Shown here: positions 36,936-48,435 of the stretch, in pieces | How the letters are laid out: each line of letters starts with the position of its first letter | Position numbering within the stretch: the first letter of the stretch is position 1 | DNA from: Dehalococcoidia bacterium | Lineage (GTDB): Bacteria; Chloroflexota; Dehalococcoidia; DSTF01; JACRBR01 | DNA: 64,000 bases | NCBI GenBank assembly: GCA_035632115.1 | Contig: DASQHL010000133.1 | Location: 792-64,791 of the forward strand | Direction: 5' to 3' | The notes under the pieces: model-generated | The model's database searches: none | Told to the model about the DNA's origin: nothing | Seen by the model: only the letters and a program-made list of their open reading frames with translations | Program-made: the position numbers and the translations under genes

Positions 36936-37415
36936 ATGGACTACCGCGTCACGGTCGAACGCAACAAGCTGAAGTTCGCCGCCGCCCACTTCGCCACCTT
37001 TGGCGGCGCGTGCGAGCCGCTCCACGGCCACAACTACGCCGTCACGATCGAGGTCGCCGGCACGCTCACCGCTGATTCATGGGTGTGCGACTTCTCGACG
37101 CTCAAGTCGCTGGGCAAGGCGCTCTGCGACGAGCTCGACCACAAGTTCCTGCTCCAGCGCGACAGCCGCGTCCTCACCATCGATGAGGGCATGGCGAACT
37201 GGAAGGTCCGCTTCCAGGAGCGCGGCTGGGTCTTCCCGAAGGCCGACGTCCTCCCGCTGCCCATCGACAACACCACGGCGGAGCGCCTCGCCGAGTGGTT
37301 CGTCGGCCGGCTCGGCGTGTCGTTGCGGGAGCGCGGCGCCGCGAACATCACGGCGATCACCGTGGGCGTAGAAGAAGCCCCCGGCCAGACCGGCTGGGCG
37401 TCGGCCGCGCCGTAG
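36936..37415 (+). CDS. queD: 6-pyruvoyl-tetrahydropterin synthase / 6-carboxy-tetrahydropterin synthase (PTPS/QueD family)
   Basis: PTPS fold motifs …FAAAHFATFGGACEPLHGHNY… with the Zn-binding His and the catalytic Cys/His. Confidence 0.85.
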   Translation: MDYRVTVERNKLKFAAAHFATFGGACEPLHGHNYAVTIEVAGTLTADSWVCDFSTLKSLGKALCDELDHKFLLQRDSRVLTIDEGMANWKVRFQERGWVFPKADVLPLPIDNTTAERLAEWFVGRLGVSLRERGAANITAITVGVEEAPGQTGWASAAP

Positions 37416-37458
37416 GGACGGGCGCGCCCGTCCCCACGGCACATGCCCGTCGGATCCG

Positions 37459-38457
37459 CTACGCGCTGCCACCCGACTCAGCCGGCGGCGCGGGTCGCGG
37501 GTGCGCCCGCAACTGACGCCGGCCGACGTACCAGCCGCCCGCCGCCAGCGGCAGCAGCCACCACGAGAACGCCGCCACCGCCAGCACCACCGTCGCCGCC
37601 CCTCTCAGCACCTCGATCGACTGCCAGAACGCGTCCGCCGCGACGTGCAGCGGGTTGTTCGAGCCACCCTGCGGCTGCGGCTTCGCCGGCACCACGGGCG
37701 CCAGGTGCACCGTGATCGTCGCCAGGTCCGTCTGGTTGTTGAGCAGGTTGATCCGCCCCTGCGTCTGCTCGATCTCCGCCTGCGTCTGGTTGATCCGGTC
37801 CTGCACCTGCAGCACCTGCCCGATGTCGCCCGCCCGCGTCAGGAACCCCAGGTACTGCTGCAGCGCCGCCTGCAGGCTGTGCAGCCGCGACTGCAGGTCC
37901 GTGTAGTCCTGCGTCACGTCGTTGCTGTTGCTCTGCTCGTCCTGCACCGTGCCGAGCTGGCGCAGGCGCCCCAGCGCGTCCTGGTACTTGTCGGCGGGCA
38001 CGCGGATCGTCACCGAAGCTGTCTCCTTCCCGTCCTGGTGACCGAACGCCGAGCTGGCGATGAAGCCGCCGTCGACGGTCGCGATGTTGCCCGCGTCCTC
38101 GAAGCCCCGCGCCACATCCTTCACGCCCACGCTGAGCGTGGAGACCATCACGATCTTCCGGCCCAGCACGTCCGGCAGCGCCAGGGCGCCTCGCGCCGAC
38201 GTCGCGCCGTTGGCCGGGGCGGCCCCCCCGGACGCCGAGGACTGCGCCGACGCACCGGAGGGCGCCGGCGCGCCGGCTGGAGCATACGCGGCGGTGTCTT
38301 TCATCGTCAGCGTAGACGACGCCCCTCCGCCGCCCGACCCCGCCGGCGGCGCGCCGCCGCTCTTCGTCGCTGTGCCGCCGCAGGCCGCCGCGGCGATCAG
38401 CACGATCCCCGCCGCGCCCAGCGCCAGCAGCCGCTTCGCGTTCAATGTGCCTGTCAT
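37459..38457 (-). CDS. DUF4349-domain lipoprotein
   Basis: ATG at 38457 preceded by GAGGAGG. Lipobox LIAAAACGG. Gly/Ala/Ser-rich spacer. Coiled-coil segment and C-terminal TM helix typical of DUF4349. Confidence 0.7.
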   Translation of the reverse strand: MTGTLNAKRLLALGAAGIVLIAAAACGGTATKSGGAPPAGSGGGGASSTLTMKDTAAYAPAGAPAPSGASAQSSASGGAAPANGATSARGALALPDVLGRKIVMVSTLSVGVKDVARGFEDAGNIATVDGGFIASSAFGHQDGKETASVTIRVPADKYQDALGRLRQLGTVQDEQSNSNDVTQDYTDLQSRLHSLQAALQQYLGFLTRAGDIGQVLQVQDRINQTQAEIEQTQGRINLLNNQTDLATITVHLAPVVPAKPQPQGGSNNPLHVAADAFWQSIEVLRGAATVVLAVAAFSWWLLPLAAGGWYVGRRQLRAHPRPAPPAESGGSA

Positions 38458-38615
38458 TGTGTTCCTCCTCGTAACTCCCGGTGGCGGGGGTACAAGAAAG
38501 ACGCCACGGCTGCCCCCGGTGTTCCCGTGCCCCGCCACGTTTTTTTCAGAGCGTTTACCCGGGGATCGCCTTCCTCCCACACAACACCCACCGTGTTGGG
38601 CGATGATTCAGTGCG

Positions 38616-40160
38616 ATGGACGCACCAACGGAAGCCGCCCCGGAACCAGCACCGCCGCCGCGCACCGGCGCCGTCCGCATCAGCCGCCGCAAGCTTCTCG
38701 GCGGCGCCGCCGCCGCGGCGGCGCTCGTCACGGCCGGCGGCGCCACGGCCGTCGTCCTCAAGGAACGCGGCGCCGGCTCATCGAGCGGAGGCAGCGCGCC
38801 TCTGGCCGCCGGCCTGAACACGCCGCCGGACGCGCTGAAAGACGCCGATACGCGCCTGCGCCACCTCCTCCGCCGTACCACCTTTACGGCAACGCCTGCC
38901 GATGTCGCCCGCTACCACGGGACGGCGCTTGAGAAGGTGACGGACGACATCCTCGCCAGCGCCGCCCTCGACGACAGCGCCGCAGATCAGTCCCTCGCGT
39001 CGCTCAACCTCGATACGACGAAGCCGGCCGACGTGATCGCCACCTGGGTCGCCCGCATGCTCTACACGCGCCGCCCGATCGTCGAGCGCATGACGCTGTG
39101 CTGGCATGGCCTGCTGACCAGCGGGTTGGAAAAGGTCGGCGGCAAGCGCGCCAGCCTCATGCTCGACCAGAATCAGTTCTTTCGCCAGCACGCCTTCAGC
39201 ACCTTCGACGTGCTGCTGAAGGGCGTCGTGCGCAACCCGGCGATGATGCTCTGGCTGGATCTGCAGACCAGCCGCAAGGGCCACCCCAACGAGAATTACG
39301 CCCGCGAGCTGATGGAGCTCTTCACGCTGGGCGCCGGCAACTACAGCGAGCAGGACGTGCGCGAGTCCGCGCGCGCCCACACCGGCTACTCCCTCGACCG
39401 GTCGCTCGCCTTCGTGTTCCGGCCGGCGCTCCACGACGACGGCCAGAAGACGTTCCTCGGCCAGACCGGCAACTTCGACGCGGACGCGGTCGTCGACATC
39501 ATCCTCAAGCAGGACGCCGCGCCCACGCACTTCGCGCGCAAGATCTTCGAAGCGTTCGCCTATCCCGCGCCGGACTCTGCCACGCTCAAGCCGATCGCCG
39601 ATGTCGCCCGCCGCACCGCCTTTGATACGAAGCAAGTCCTGCGCGCGGTGCTCACCTCCGATGCCTTCTACTCGCCGCTGGCCTACCGGGCGCTGGTCAA
39701 GAGCCCGACGCACTACACCATCGGCGCCTTGCGGCTGTTCGGTGCGCAGCCCGATCCGCGCCTGGTCGTCGCCGCGAGCCGCAACATGGGGCAGGTGCTG
39801 TTCGACCCGCCGAACGTCGCCGGCTGGCCCGGCGGCGGCACCTGGCTCGCTACCAGCACCTGGTTCGCGCGCGTCAACTTCGCCGCCGCCATGATGAACG
39901 GCGTCGGCCGCGGCGCGCGCGGCGCCCCCGTCGATACCACGGCGATCTTCCGCACGCCGCCGGCCAGCGCCGCCGCCGCCGTCGACGCCGCCGCGCTCGC
40001 GACGATCGACGGCGTGTTGGCGTCCGATGCGCGCCAGACCCTCGTCGCCTACCTCGACGAAGGTGGTGGCTTCTCGTCGCTGCCCGATGCCACGCGACAG
40101 GAGCGGCTGCGCGGCATGCTCGCGCTCCTGCTCGCGTCACCCGACTACCAGCTCGCCTGA
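38616..40160 (+). CDS. DUF1800-family protein with a Tat signal
   Basis: Tat-like SRRKLLGGAAAAAALVTAG. Full-length DUF1800 similarity. Confidence 0.75.
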   Translation: MDAPTEAAPEPAPPPRTGAVRISRRKLLGGAAAAAALVTAGGATAVVLKERGAGSSSGGSAPLAAGLNTPPDALKDADTRLRHLLRRTTFTATPADVARYHGTALEKVTDDILASAALDDSAADQSLASLNLDTTKPADVIATWVARMLYTRRPIVERMTLCWHGLLTSGLEKVGGKRASLMLDQNQFFRQHAFSTFDVLLKGVVRNPAMMLWLDLQTSRKGHPNENYARELMELFTLGAGNYSEQDVRESARAHTGYSLDRSLAFVFRPALHDDGQKTFLGQTGNFDADAVVDIILKQDAAPTHFARKIFEAFAYPAPDSATLKPIADVARRTAFDTKQVLRAVLTSDAFYSPLAYRALVKSPTHYTIGALRLFGAQPDPRLVVAASRNMGQVLFDPPNVAGWPGGGTWLATSTWFARVNFAAAMMNGVGRGARGAPVDTTAIFRTPPASAAAAVDAAALATIDGVLASDARQTLVAYLDEGGGFSSLPDATRQERLRGMLALLLASPDYQLA

Positions 40161-40171
40161 GGAGGATCGCC

Positions 40172-41422
40172 ATGATCGGTCGACGGGATTTCGTGAAGCG
40201 CGGCGTAGCGCTCGTGACGCTGGGCACCATGCACGCCGCGCTGCCGCCCGTGTTCAAGGGCGCCTTCGCCGTCCGCGCGTCGGATGCGGAAGCCGCGACC
40301 GAGGGCCAGGGCCGTACGCTCGTCATCCTCCAGCTCGCCGGCGGCAACGACGGGCTGAACACCCTCGTCCCCTACCGCGACCCCGCCTACCCCACGCTCC
40401 GGCCGACGCTGAAAGTGGACCCCGCGCAGGTCGTCCAGCTCAGCGACCAGTTCGGCCTCCACCCGAAACTCGCCGCGCTCAAGCCGCTCTGGGACAAGAA
40501 GCAGCTCGCCATCGTCCACGGCGTCGGCTACCCGCAGCCCAACTTCTCGCACTTCCAGTCGATGGCCATCTGGCAGAACGCCACCGCGCAGAACATCGAC
40601 CACGGCTGGCTCGGCCAGTATCTCGCGAAGCTCGAATCGCAGGAGCACGACCCGTTGCACGGCTTCAACGTCGGCCAGTTCGTGGCGGAAGAGCTCTACT
40701 CGCCGAACGCGCCCGTCGTCGCCGCCCCCAACGCAACGTCGTACGGCTTCCAGCGTCTGGCCCCGGACGAGGCCGAAGCACGGCGCCGCCAGACCGCACT
40801 GCTCAAGCTCTACGACCAGTTCCCGAAGAACATGCCCTACGCCGCGCTGATCGAGAGCACCGCGAACGACGCCGTCTCCAGCTCGCAAGCCGTCGAAGCA
40901 GCGGCCGCGGCGCACACGCCGGCGGTGACCTACCCGCAGACGTCGCTCGCCAGCGGCCTCAAACTCGTCGCGCAGGTGATCGCCAGCGGCGCGAAGCTGC
41001 GCGTCGCCCACGTCACGCTCGGCGGCTTCGATACGCACTCCGCGCAGCTCAACGAGCACGAGACGCTGCTCGGCCAGCTCGGCGACGCGATCGCCGCCTT
41101 CTACGCCGACCTGACTTCGATGGGTCGCGACAAGGACGTGCTCACCATGACCTGGTCGGAGTTCGGTCGCCGCGCGGCCCAGAACGCCAGCGAAGGCACC
41201 GACCACGGCACCGCCGCGCCCATGTTCGTGGTGGGCGGCAGCGTGGCCGGCGGCGCCTTCTACGGCCAGCCCGTATCGCTCAGCAACCTGGACAGCGGCA
41301 ACCTGCGCTTCACCACGGACTTCCGCTCCGTCTACGCCAGCGTCCTGGAGAAGTGGGTCGGCGTGCCGCCCGACGACATCCTGGGCGCGCACTTTGCGCC
41401 CGTCGATGGCCTTGTGGCCTGA
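40172..41422 (+). CDS. DUF1501-family protein (sulfatase/alkaline-phosphatase superfamily-like) with a Tat signal
   Basis: Tat motif GRRDFVKRGVALVTLG. Signature …SEFGRRAAQNASEGTDHGTAAPMFVVGG…. The usual genomic partner of DUF1800. Confidence 0.85.
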   Translation: MIGRRDFVKRGVALVTLGTMHAALPPVFKGAFAVRASDAEAATEGQGRTLVILQLAGGNDGLNTLVPYRDPAYPTLRPTLKVDPAQVVQLSDQFGLHPKLAALKPLWDKKQLAIVHGVGYPQPNFSHFQSMAIWQNATAQNIDHGWLGQYLAKLESQEHDPLHGFNVGQFVAEELYSPNAPVVAAPNATSYGFQRLAPDEAEARRRQTALLKLYDQFPKNMPYAALIESTANDAVSSSQAVEAAAAAHTPAVTYPQTSLASGLKLVAQVIASGAKLRVAHVTLGGFDTHSAQLNEHETLLGQLGDAIAAFYADLTSMGRDKDVLTMTWSEFGRRAAQNASEGTDHGTAAPMFVVGGSVAGGAFYGQPVSLSNLDSGNLRFTTDFRSVYASVLEKWVGVPPDDILGAHFAPVDGLVA

Positions 41423-41495
41423 CACCACGTCCCCACCGCGCGTCCGCGGGCCCGAGGGCTAACGCCGTCCCCCGCCGAACCTGTACCCTGCCCCC

Positions 41496-42761
41496 ATGGC
41501 GCAGGGATCGGAGAAGTACCGGATCACGGGTGGCCGCCCGCTGGCGGGGCGCGTACGCATCAGCGGCTCCAAGAACGGCGCCGACTACGCCATGGCCGCC
41601 GCCCTCCTCACCGCCGATGACGTCGTGCTCCACAACGTCCCCGATATCGGCGACGTGCGGCAGATGGAGGAGATCCTCGCGCACCTCGGCGCGCGCGTCG
41701 AGCACGCCGGCCCCGGGACCCTGCGCATCAACTGCGCCAACGTCACCCGCTACGACGTGCCGCCCCGCCTCGCCGTCCAGCTCCGCGCGAGCTTCCTCGT
41801 CATGGGCCCGCTCATCGCCCGCTTCGGCCGCGCGTCGTGTCCGCCGCCCGGCGGCGACGCCATCGGCATCCGCCCGCTCGACGTGCACCTCGCGGGCTTC
41901 CGCATGCTCGGCGCCACCGTGCGCCAGAAGGGCGACGTCTTCGACGCCCAGGAGGAGGGCGCCCTCCGCGGCGGCCGCGTCGTCCTCGACTACCCCAGCG
42001 TCATGGGCACGCTCAACGTCATGCTCGCCGCCACGCTCGCTGAGGGCGAGACGACGATCGTCAACGCCGCCAGCGAGCCCGAGATCGCCAGCCTCGCCGT
42101 GATGCTGCAGCACATGGGCGCGCGGATCAGCGGTGCCGGCACGTCCTTCGTGCGCATCGAAGGCGCGCGGTCGCTCTGCGGCGCCGAGCACCGCGTGATC
42201 GCCGACCGGCTCGAAGCCGGGACGTTCGCGCTCGCCGCCGCGATCACCTGCGGCGAGGTCGAGCTGGAGGAGGCTGTCCCGGAGCACCTCGACACCCTGC
42301 TCTGGAAGATGCGTGAGGCCGGCGCCGAGGTCGAGCCCACCGACGCCGGCCTGCGCGTCCGTGGGCCGGGCGGCTATCGCGCCGTCAACGCCCAGGCGCT
42401 GCCCTACCCCGGTCTCGCCACGGACCTGCAACCCCAGCTAGCCGCGTTCTTGACGCAGGCCGACGGCGCCAGCACCATCCACGAGCGCGTCTACGACAAC
42501 CGCCTGCTCTACATCGCCGAGCTCCGCAAGATGGGCGCCAACGTGGTGGCCACCGGCCAGACCGCCATCATCACCGGCCCCACGAAGCTGCGTGCCGCCC
42601 GCGTCTCCGCCCTCGACGTCCGCGCCGGCAGCGCCTGCGTCCTCGCCGCGCTCGTGGCGGACGGCACCACCGAGATCAGCGATGTCTACCACATCGACCG
42701 TGCGCACGAGGACCTGCATGGTAAACTGCGCGCGTTGGGGGCTGAGATCGAACGGGCCTAG
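41496..42761 (+). CDS. murA: UDP-N-acetylglucosamine 1-carboxyvinyltransferase
   Basis: Full-length MurA similarity, including the active-site Cys region (…RASCPPPGGDAIGIRPLD…). Confidence 0.95.
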   Translation: MAQGSEKYRITGGRPLAGRVRISGSKNGADYAMAAALLTADDVVLHNVPDIGDVRQMEEILAHLGARVEHAGPGTLRINCANVTRYDVPPRLAVQLRASFLVMGPLIARFGRASCPPPGGDAIGIRPLDVHLAGFRMLGATVRQKGDVFDAQEEGALRGGRVVLDYPSVMGTLNVMLAATLAEGETTIVNAASEPEIASLAVMLQHMGARISGAGTSFVRIEGARSLCGAEHRVIADRLEAGTFALAAAITCGEVELEEAVPEHLDTLLWKMREAGAEVEPTDAGLRVRGPGGYRAVNAQALPYPGLATDLQPQLAAFLTQADGASTIHERVYDNRLLYIAELRKMGANVVATGQTAIITGPTKLRAARVSALDVRAGSACVLAALVADGTTEISDVYHIDRAHEDLHGKLRALGAEIERA

Positions 42762-42876
42762 CCTGTCCCGGGCATCCGGGTGGCGCGCCGCCTGAAGCGG
42801 CCGCGCCTGCGCCGAGCCTCCTCGCCGTCTCACGGATCGCCCGCGTATCGACCCGGACAGGAAGGGCAACCAGCCA

Positions 42877-43908
42877 ATGCTCTCGAAGCACATCGGCATC
42901 GACCTCGGCACGGCGAACGTGCTGGTCTACGTGAAGGGCCGCGGCATCGTCGTCAACGAGCCGTCGGTCGTGGCCCTGGCCAACCGCGACAACACCGTCG
43001 TGGCCGTCGGCCGCGACGCCCTCGAGATGATGGGCCGCGTGCCCGGCAGCATCTCTGTCATCCGCCCCATGCGCGACGGCGTCATCGCCGACTACCTGAT
43101 CACCGAAGCCATGCTCCGCTACTTCATCACGAAGGTCGTCGGCCGCTTCAACCTGATCAAGCCGGAGGTGATGGTCTGCATCCCCGCCGGCGTCACCAGC
43201 GTCGAGCAGCGCGCCGTGCGCGACGCCGCCGAGCAGGCCGGCGGACGCCGCCCCGTCCACCTCGTGCCGGAGCCCCTCGCCGCCGCCATCGGCGCCCGCA
43301 TCCCCGTCCACTCCCCCAGCGGCAACATGGTCGTCGATATCGGCGGCGGCCGCACCGAGGCCGCCGTCATCTCCATGTACGGCATCGTCGTCAGCGAGAG
43401 CGTGCGCGTCGCCGGAGACCGCCTGGACGATGCCATCGTCGCCTACGTCAAGCGCCGCTACAACCTCCTCATCGGCGAGCGCACGGCAGAAGAGATGAAG
43501 ACGACGATCGGTGCCGCCGTGCCGCTGGAGACCGAGCTGCGCATGGACATCCGCGGCCGCGACCAGATCAGTGGCCTGCCCAAGACCGTCTCCGTCACCT
43601 CCGCCGATGTCACCGCCGCGATCCAGGACGCGCTCGCCACCATCGTCTCCGTCGTCCGCACCGTGCTGGAGCGCATCCCCCCGGAGCTCGGCTCGGACGT
43701 CATCGACCGCGGCATCGTCCTGACCGGCGGCGGTGCCCTCCTCCGCCACCTCGACATCCTCCTCACGCAGGAGACCGGCATCCCCTGCCAGGTCGCCGAG
43801 AACCCGCTCGACTGCGTGGCCATCGGCGCCGGCGTCGCGCTCGAGTATCTGGACGTCATCCGCCGCGCGCTCCCCACCGAGGAGGAGACGCTGGTCGCCA
43901 GCTACTGA
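42877..43908 (+). CDS. mreB: Rod shape-determining protein MreB
   Basis: Actin-fold motifs [14 protein letters not shown]…, …[15 protein letters not shown]…, …[11 protein letters not shown]…. Confidence 0.95.
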   Translation: MLSKHIGIDLGTANVLVYVKGRGIVVNEPSVVALANRDNTVVAVGRDALEMMGRVPGSISVIRPMRDGVIADYLITEAMLRYFITKVVGRFNLIKPEVMVCIPAGVTSVEQRAVRDAAEQAGGRRPVHLVPEPLAAAIGARIPVHSPSGNMVVDIGGGRTEAAVISMYGIVVSESVRVAGDRLDDAIVAYVKRRYNLLIGERTAEEMKTTIGAAVPLETELRMDIRGRDQISGLPKTVSVTSADVTAAIQDALATIVSVVRTVLERIPPELGSDVIDRGIVLTGGGALLRHLDILLTQETGIPCQVAENPLDCVAIGAGVALEYLDVIRRALPTEEETLVASY

Positions 43909-44114
43909 GCGCCGGCCACCACGCGCGCGCTCTCCCCGGCGAACGCTCCCGCGAGCCCAACATTTGCGAATACATTAATCAGTCCCTCCGGGCGGATGCG
44001 CTCCGCGGTCTGCTACCTTGCCATGTCGAGGACGCGAGAGCGCCCGGCCGCCCCCGCGCGAGTGCCCGTGGGCCTCGGTCGCCGGATGGGGCGGCGCCAG
44101 CAAAGGACACCCTG

Positions 44115-44864
44115 ATGACCACCGAACCACTGCGCACCGTCGGCACGCCCTCGCGCGACGGCCGCGACTTGATCATCGATGCCCGCGACGTCGCCAAGAC
44201 CTATCACTCCGACGACGTCACCGTCCACGCCCTGCGCGGCGTCTCCTTCAGCGTCGCCCGAGGCGAGATGGTGGCGATCATGGGCCCGTCGGGCTGCGGC
44301 AAGACCACGCTCCTCAACTGCCTCAGTGGCCTCGACACCATCGACGAGGGCATCATCCTCATCAACGGCGAGGACATCAACAAGCTGTCCGACGACAAGC
44401 GCACCGAGTTCCGCGCCCGCAAGATGGGCTTCGTCTTCCAGTTCTACAACCTGCTGCCCGTCCTCAGCTCCATCGAGAACGTCGAGCTGCCCCTGCTAGT
44501 CTCCGGCACGAGGTCCGCCGCCGCGCGCGCCAGGGCCGACGCCGCGCTCGACCTCGTCCACCTGCGCGACTGGGCGAAACACAAGCCGTCGCAGCTCTCC
44601 GGCGGCCAGCGCCAGCGCGTCACCATCGCCCGCGCACTCGTTAACGACCCCGCGATCGTCTGGGGCGACGAGCCCACCGGCGACCTCGACACGCAGAACG
44701 CCGAGGAGATCATGGATCTCATCACCGATCTCAACGTGCGCAAGCACCAGACCTTCGTCATCGTCACGCACGCACCCGAAGTCGCTGCCCGCTGCCACCG
44801 CATCATCCGCATGCTCGATGGCCGTATCGTCAGCGAGGAGATCGCGCGGGGACTCGCCGGATGA
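44115..44864 (+). CDS. ABC transporter ATP-binding protein (MacB/LolD/FtsE-like)
   Basis: Walker [10 protein letters not shown], signature LSGGQRQR, Walker [16 protein letters not shown] at 44115 in the frame of ORF 42780..44864. Confidence 0.9.
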   Translation: MTTEPLRTVGTPSRDGRDLIIDARDVAKTYHSDDVTVHALRGVSFSVARGEMVAIMGPSGCGKTTLLNCLSGLDTIDEGIILINGEDINKLSDDKRTEFRARKMGFVFQFYNLLPVLSSIENVELPLLVSGTRSAAARARADAALDLVHLRDWAKHKPSQLSGGQRQRVTIARALVNDPAIVWGDEPTGDLDTQNAEEIMDLITDLNVRKHQTFVIVTHAPEVAARCHRIIRMLDGRIVSEEIARGLAG

Positions 44865-47800
44865 ACGACCTCTTCGGCCTCTCGATGACCTACGTCATGA
44901 TCGCCCTGCTGGTGATCCTCGGTATCGCCGCGTCCAGCATCGCCTGGGTCGTGCTCCGCAACCGCGTCATGTTCCTCATCGGCGTCCGCAACATCCCGAG
45001 GCGGCGCGCGCAGACCGTCCTCATCATCATCGGACTGATGCTCAGCACGCTGATCATCAGCACCGCCTTCAGCATTGGCGATACCGTGAGCTACAGCCTC
45101 ACCAGCCAGGTGTACGAACGGCTGCACAGCGTCGACGAGGTGGTGCACACCGCCACCGACCAGAGCGGCACGGGCGGCGATACCTCGCTCGTCACCACCA
45201 AGCCCATCCCTGGCGACCAGGCCCGCTCCTACGTGGCGCGCTTCAAGGCGGTCCCCGGCGTCGATGGCGCGCTTAGCATCATCCGCACAACGGTGCCCAT
45301 CGCGAACCCCCGCACCCGCCTCCACGATCCGAAAGCCGGCCTCGTCGGCGCCGCGCCCGGCCAGATGCAGGGCTTCGAAACCGACATCCAGACCCTCGAT
45401 GGCCGGCAAGCATCGTTGGACGCGCTCGGCCCCAACGAGATCTACGCGAACAAGGCGCTCGCCGACAAGCTGGACGTCGTCAAGGGCGACACCCTCCAGA
45501 TCTTCGTCTCCGGCCAGTCCCACACCTTCAAGGTGCGCGACATCGTCCAGGACCGCGTGCTCGCCGGCGCGCTGCTCGACCAGTCGAGCGGCGTGGTGCT
45601 CGGCCTGCCGGCCGCCCAAACACTCCTCGGCCGCCCCGACAACGTTGACCTCATCGTCGTCTCCAACAACGGCGGCGTCCACGCCGGCATCAACAACTCC
45701 GGGCAGGTCAAGGATGCGCTGAACGCCATCCTCGCCGGCTCCAGCTGGAGCGCCGATGCCACCCTGAAGGACCTCGTCAAGCAGGCCAACACCGCCGCCA
45801 GCTTCCTCACCACCTTCTTCGTCGTGCTCGGCCTCTTCTCCATCGCCGCCGGCGCGCTGCTCATCTTCCTCATCTTCGTCATGCTGGCGGCCGAGCGGAA
45901 GGTGGAGATGGGGATGATCCGCGCCGTCGGCACCAAGCGCAGCCACCTCGTGCAGATGTTCATGTCGGAGGGCATGGCGTACAACACCGCGGCCGCCGCC
46001 GTCGGCTGCGCCCTCGGGGTCGTCGTCTCGATCGGCATGGTCCGGATCATGGCGTCGCTGTTCGCCGGCGGCGGCCTGGGGATCACGTTCCACGTCACCG
46101 CGCGCAGCCTGATCGTGTCGTACTCGCTCGGCGTCGTCCTCACGTTCCTCACCGTCACGTTCTCGTCGTGGCGCATCGGCAACCTCAACATCGTCAGCGC
46201 CATCCGCGATACCGCGGATCCGACCGCGCAGGTCGCGCGCCCCCGCGGCGGCCGCGGCATCCTCACCCTGCTCACCTACGCGAAGTGGATCATCGTCAAA
46301 CCCGAACGCCTGCGCGACTGGATCGTCGGCTTTGCCTTCTTCCTCCTCGCCGCGCTGCTCATCGCCCTGACCGCCGGCTCCTTCATCGGCGCCGTGGCCA
46401 TCTACGGCTCGACCGCCGCCGCCAGCGTCGCCGCCGTGCTGCTCGGCGTGCTCGGCGTCTGCGCGGCCATCGCGTCCGTCGTCGCCGTCGGCATCGCCCT
46501 CACCCGCATCTTCCAGACCGGCGCCATCGCGTTGATCGTCGGTGGCCTGCTGGTGGCCGTCGGCCTGATCTCCTGGCAGGCCGCGGCGTACACCGGCGGC
46601 ACCTCGCTCGTCTTCATCGGCGCCGCGCTGACGCTCGTCATGCTGCGCGTGCCCGCGCGCCCCGTGTTCACCACCATGGGCCTCTCCCTGCTCGTCTACT
46701 GGCTGCTCAGCGCCGGCCGCCAGCTCCCGCCCCACATGAACGGCGGCATCGAGATGTTCTTCCTCAGCGGCATCACCATGGTCCTGTCCTCGACGTTCGT
46801 CCTCATCTACAACGCCGACGTAATGCTCGCTGTGCTCACCCGCGTGGGCAGCCTGAACGCCGGCCTGGTGCCGGCCATCCGCACCGCCGTCGCCTACCCG
46901 CTGGCGAACAAGTTCCGCACCGGCATGACCATCGCCATGATCTCGCTCGTCATGTTCGCGCTTGTGATGATCTCCACCATGAACAGCAACTTCAGCCGCA
47001 TCTTCCTCAGCAACGACGCGCTCGGCGGGTACGACGTCGTCGTCCAGGAGAACCCGAACAACCCCATCCCCGACCTCACCACCGCCATCCAGCGCGCGGG
47101 CGGCGATGCCGCGGGCGTCGCTTCCGTGGATGTCGTGCACGTCGCCAATCCCATCGTCTCCGAAGTGCGCATGGCGCCGGCCGCGGCGAGCGCCGGCTCG
47201 ACGAGCACGCCCGCCACCCCCGCCGCCGGCGCCGCAACGGGCACCTTCAGCCGCTACATGGTCCTCGGGCCGAGCGACGCCTTCATCAACGGCAACGGCA
47301 TCAAGTTCCACGCTCGCGCCGACGGGCTCACGACCGACGCCCAGGTCTGGCACGAACTCCTCACCAACCCCAACGCCGCCGTGATCGATGCCTTCGCCAT
47401 CGGCGGCGGCGGCTTCGGCGGCGGCGGCGGCTTCACGCTCACCGGCATCAAGCCCGCCGACACCACCTTCAAGCCGATCAAGGTCCAGGTGCGCGACGCC
47501 GCCAACCCCGCCAACATCCGCGATCTCGAGATCGTCGGCATCTTCAGCACGAAGGCCAGCGCCGTCTACCACGGCCTGTACGTCGCGCCCCCGGCGTTTG
47601 CCGCCGTGTTCCCAAAGCCTGACTTCGGTCTGCACTTCGTCAAGGTCGCGCCCGGCGTCGACTCAACGCGCGAGGCCAAGTACATCGAGGCGACATTGAG
47701 CAGCCAGGGCGTGCAGAGCGACTCCCTCCGCAAGCTGATCAACGACCAGCGCGCTCAGAACCAGGCCTTCCTCTACCTCATCCAGGGATTCATGGGCATC

Positions 47801-48169
47801 GGCCTCTTCGTCGGCATCGCCGCCGTTGGCGTCATCGCCTTCCGCACCGTCGTCGAGCGCCGCCAGCAGATCGGCATGATGCGCGCGCTCGGCTACACCC
47901 GCCGCGCCGTCGCCGTCAGCTTCATCATGGAGTCGTCGTTCATCGCCCTGCTGGGGATCCTCAGTGGCATCGGGCTGGGCCTCCTGCTCGCCTACCAGCT
48001 CCTCCAGGGCGATAGCTTCGCCGGCGGTGCCATCGATAGCTTCTACATCCCCTGGCTGCAGATCCTGGCGATCGGCGGATTCGCCTTCATCGCCTCGCTC
48101 CTGATGACGATCATCCCCTCGCGCCAGGCATCGAGCATCCCCATCGCCGAGGCGCTGCGCTATGAATAG
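44861..48169 (+). CDS. ABC transporter permease with duplicated FtsX-type domains (MacB-like, 1102 aa)
   Basis: ATG overlaps the ATPase stop (ATGA). Two 4-TM FtsX-like modules, each preceded by a large extracytoplasmic domain. Confidence 0.85.
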   Translation: MNDLFGLSMTYVMIALLVILGIAASSIAWVVLRNRVMFLIGVRNIPRRRAQTVLIIIGLMLSTLIISTAFSIGDTVSYSLTSQVYERLHSVDEVVHTATDQSGTGGDTSLVTTKPIPGDQARSYVARFKAVPGVDGALSIIRTTVPIANPRTRLHDPKAGLVGAAPGQMQGFETDIQTLDGRQASLDALGPNEIYANKALADKLDVVKGDTLQIFVSGQSHTFKVRDIVQDRVLAGALLDQSSGVVLGLPAAQTLLGRPDNVDLIVVSNNGGVHAGINNSGQVKDALNAILAGSSWSADATLKDLVKQANTAASFLTTFFVVLGLFSIAAGALLIFLIFVMLAAERKVEMGMIRAVGTKRSHLVQMFMSEGMAYNTAAAAVGCALGVVVSIGMVRIMASLFAGGGLGITFHVTARSLIVSYSLGVVLTFLTVTFSSWRIGNLNIVSAIRDTADPTAQVARPRGGRGILTLLTYAKWIIVKPERLRDWIVGFAFFLLAALLIALTAGSFIGAVAIYGSTAAASVAAVLLGVLGVCAAIASVVAVGIALTRIFQTGAIALIVGGLLVAVGLISWQAAAYTGGTSLVFIGAALTLVMLRVPARPVFTTMGLSLLVYWLLSAGRQLPPHMNGGIEMFFLSGITMVLSSTFVLIYNADVMLAVLTRVGSLNAGLVPAIRTAVAYPLANKFRTGMTIAMISLVMFALVMISTMNSNFSRIFLSNDALGGYDVVVQENPNNPIPDLTTAIQRAGGDAAGVASVDVVHVANPIVSEVRMAPAAASAGSTSTPATPAAGAATGTFSRYMVLGPSDAFINGNGIKFHARADGLTTDAQVWHELLTNPNAAVIDAFAIGGGGFGGGGGFTLTGIKPADTTFKPIKVQVRDAANPANIRDLEIVGIFSTKASAVYHGLYVAPPAFAAVFPKPDFGLHFVKVAPGVDSTREAKYIEATLSSQGVQSDSLRKLINDQRAQNQAFLYLIQGFMGIGLFVGIAAVGVIAFRTVVERRQQIGMMRALGYTRRAVAVSFIMESSFIALLGILSGIGLGLLLAYQLLQGDSFAGGAIDSFYIPWLQILAIGGFAFIASLLMTIIPSRQASSIPIAEALRYE

Positions 48170-48184
48170 AGCGGGAGGCGTTGC

Positions 48185-48394
48185 GTGAAGACGGAAATCT
48201 GGGAGTCGGATCCGTTCACGCCCCAGAAGGGGCGCCTGCTCGCCTCCATCGAGAGCGAGTACCGCTTCGAGAAGGGCGACGAGCTCTTCTTCGACGACGC
48301 GCCCGGTCGCCTCAAGGTGCGCATCATCAACGTGCGCCTGCACGTGAGGCGCGGCGGCGACCTGTACCGCGAGATTCTGGCCCTGAAGCTGTGA
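48185..48394 (+). CDS. Small hypothetical protein (69 aa)
   Basis: GTG start 13 nt after the permease stop. High GC3. No known domain. Confidence 0.4.
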   Translation: MKTEIWESDPFTPQKGRLLASIESEYRFEKGDELFFDDAPGRLKVRIINVRLHVRRGGDLYREILALKL

Positions 48395-48435
48395 ACGCCC
48401 CGCCCGTCTGGCTTGGAGCGTAGGGCAAACCCGCG

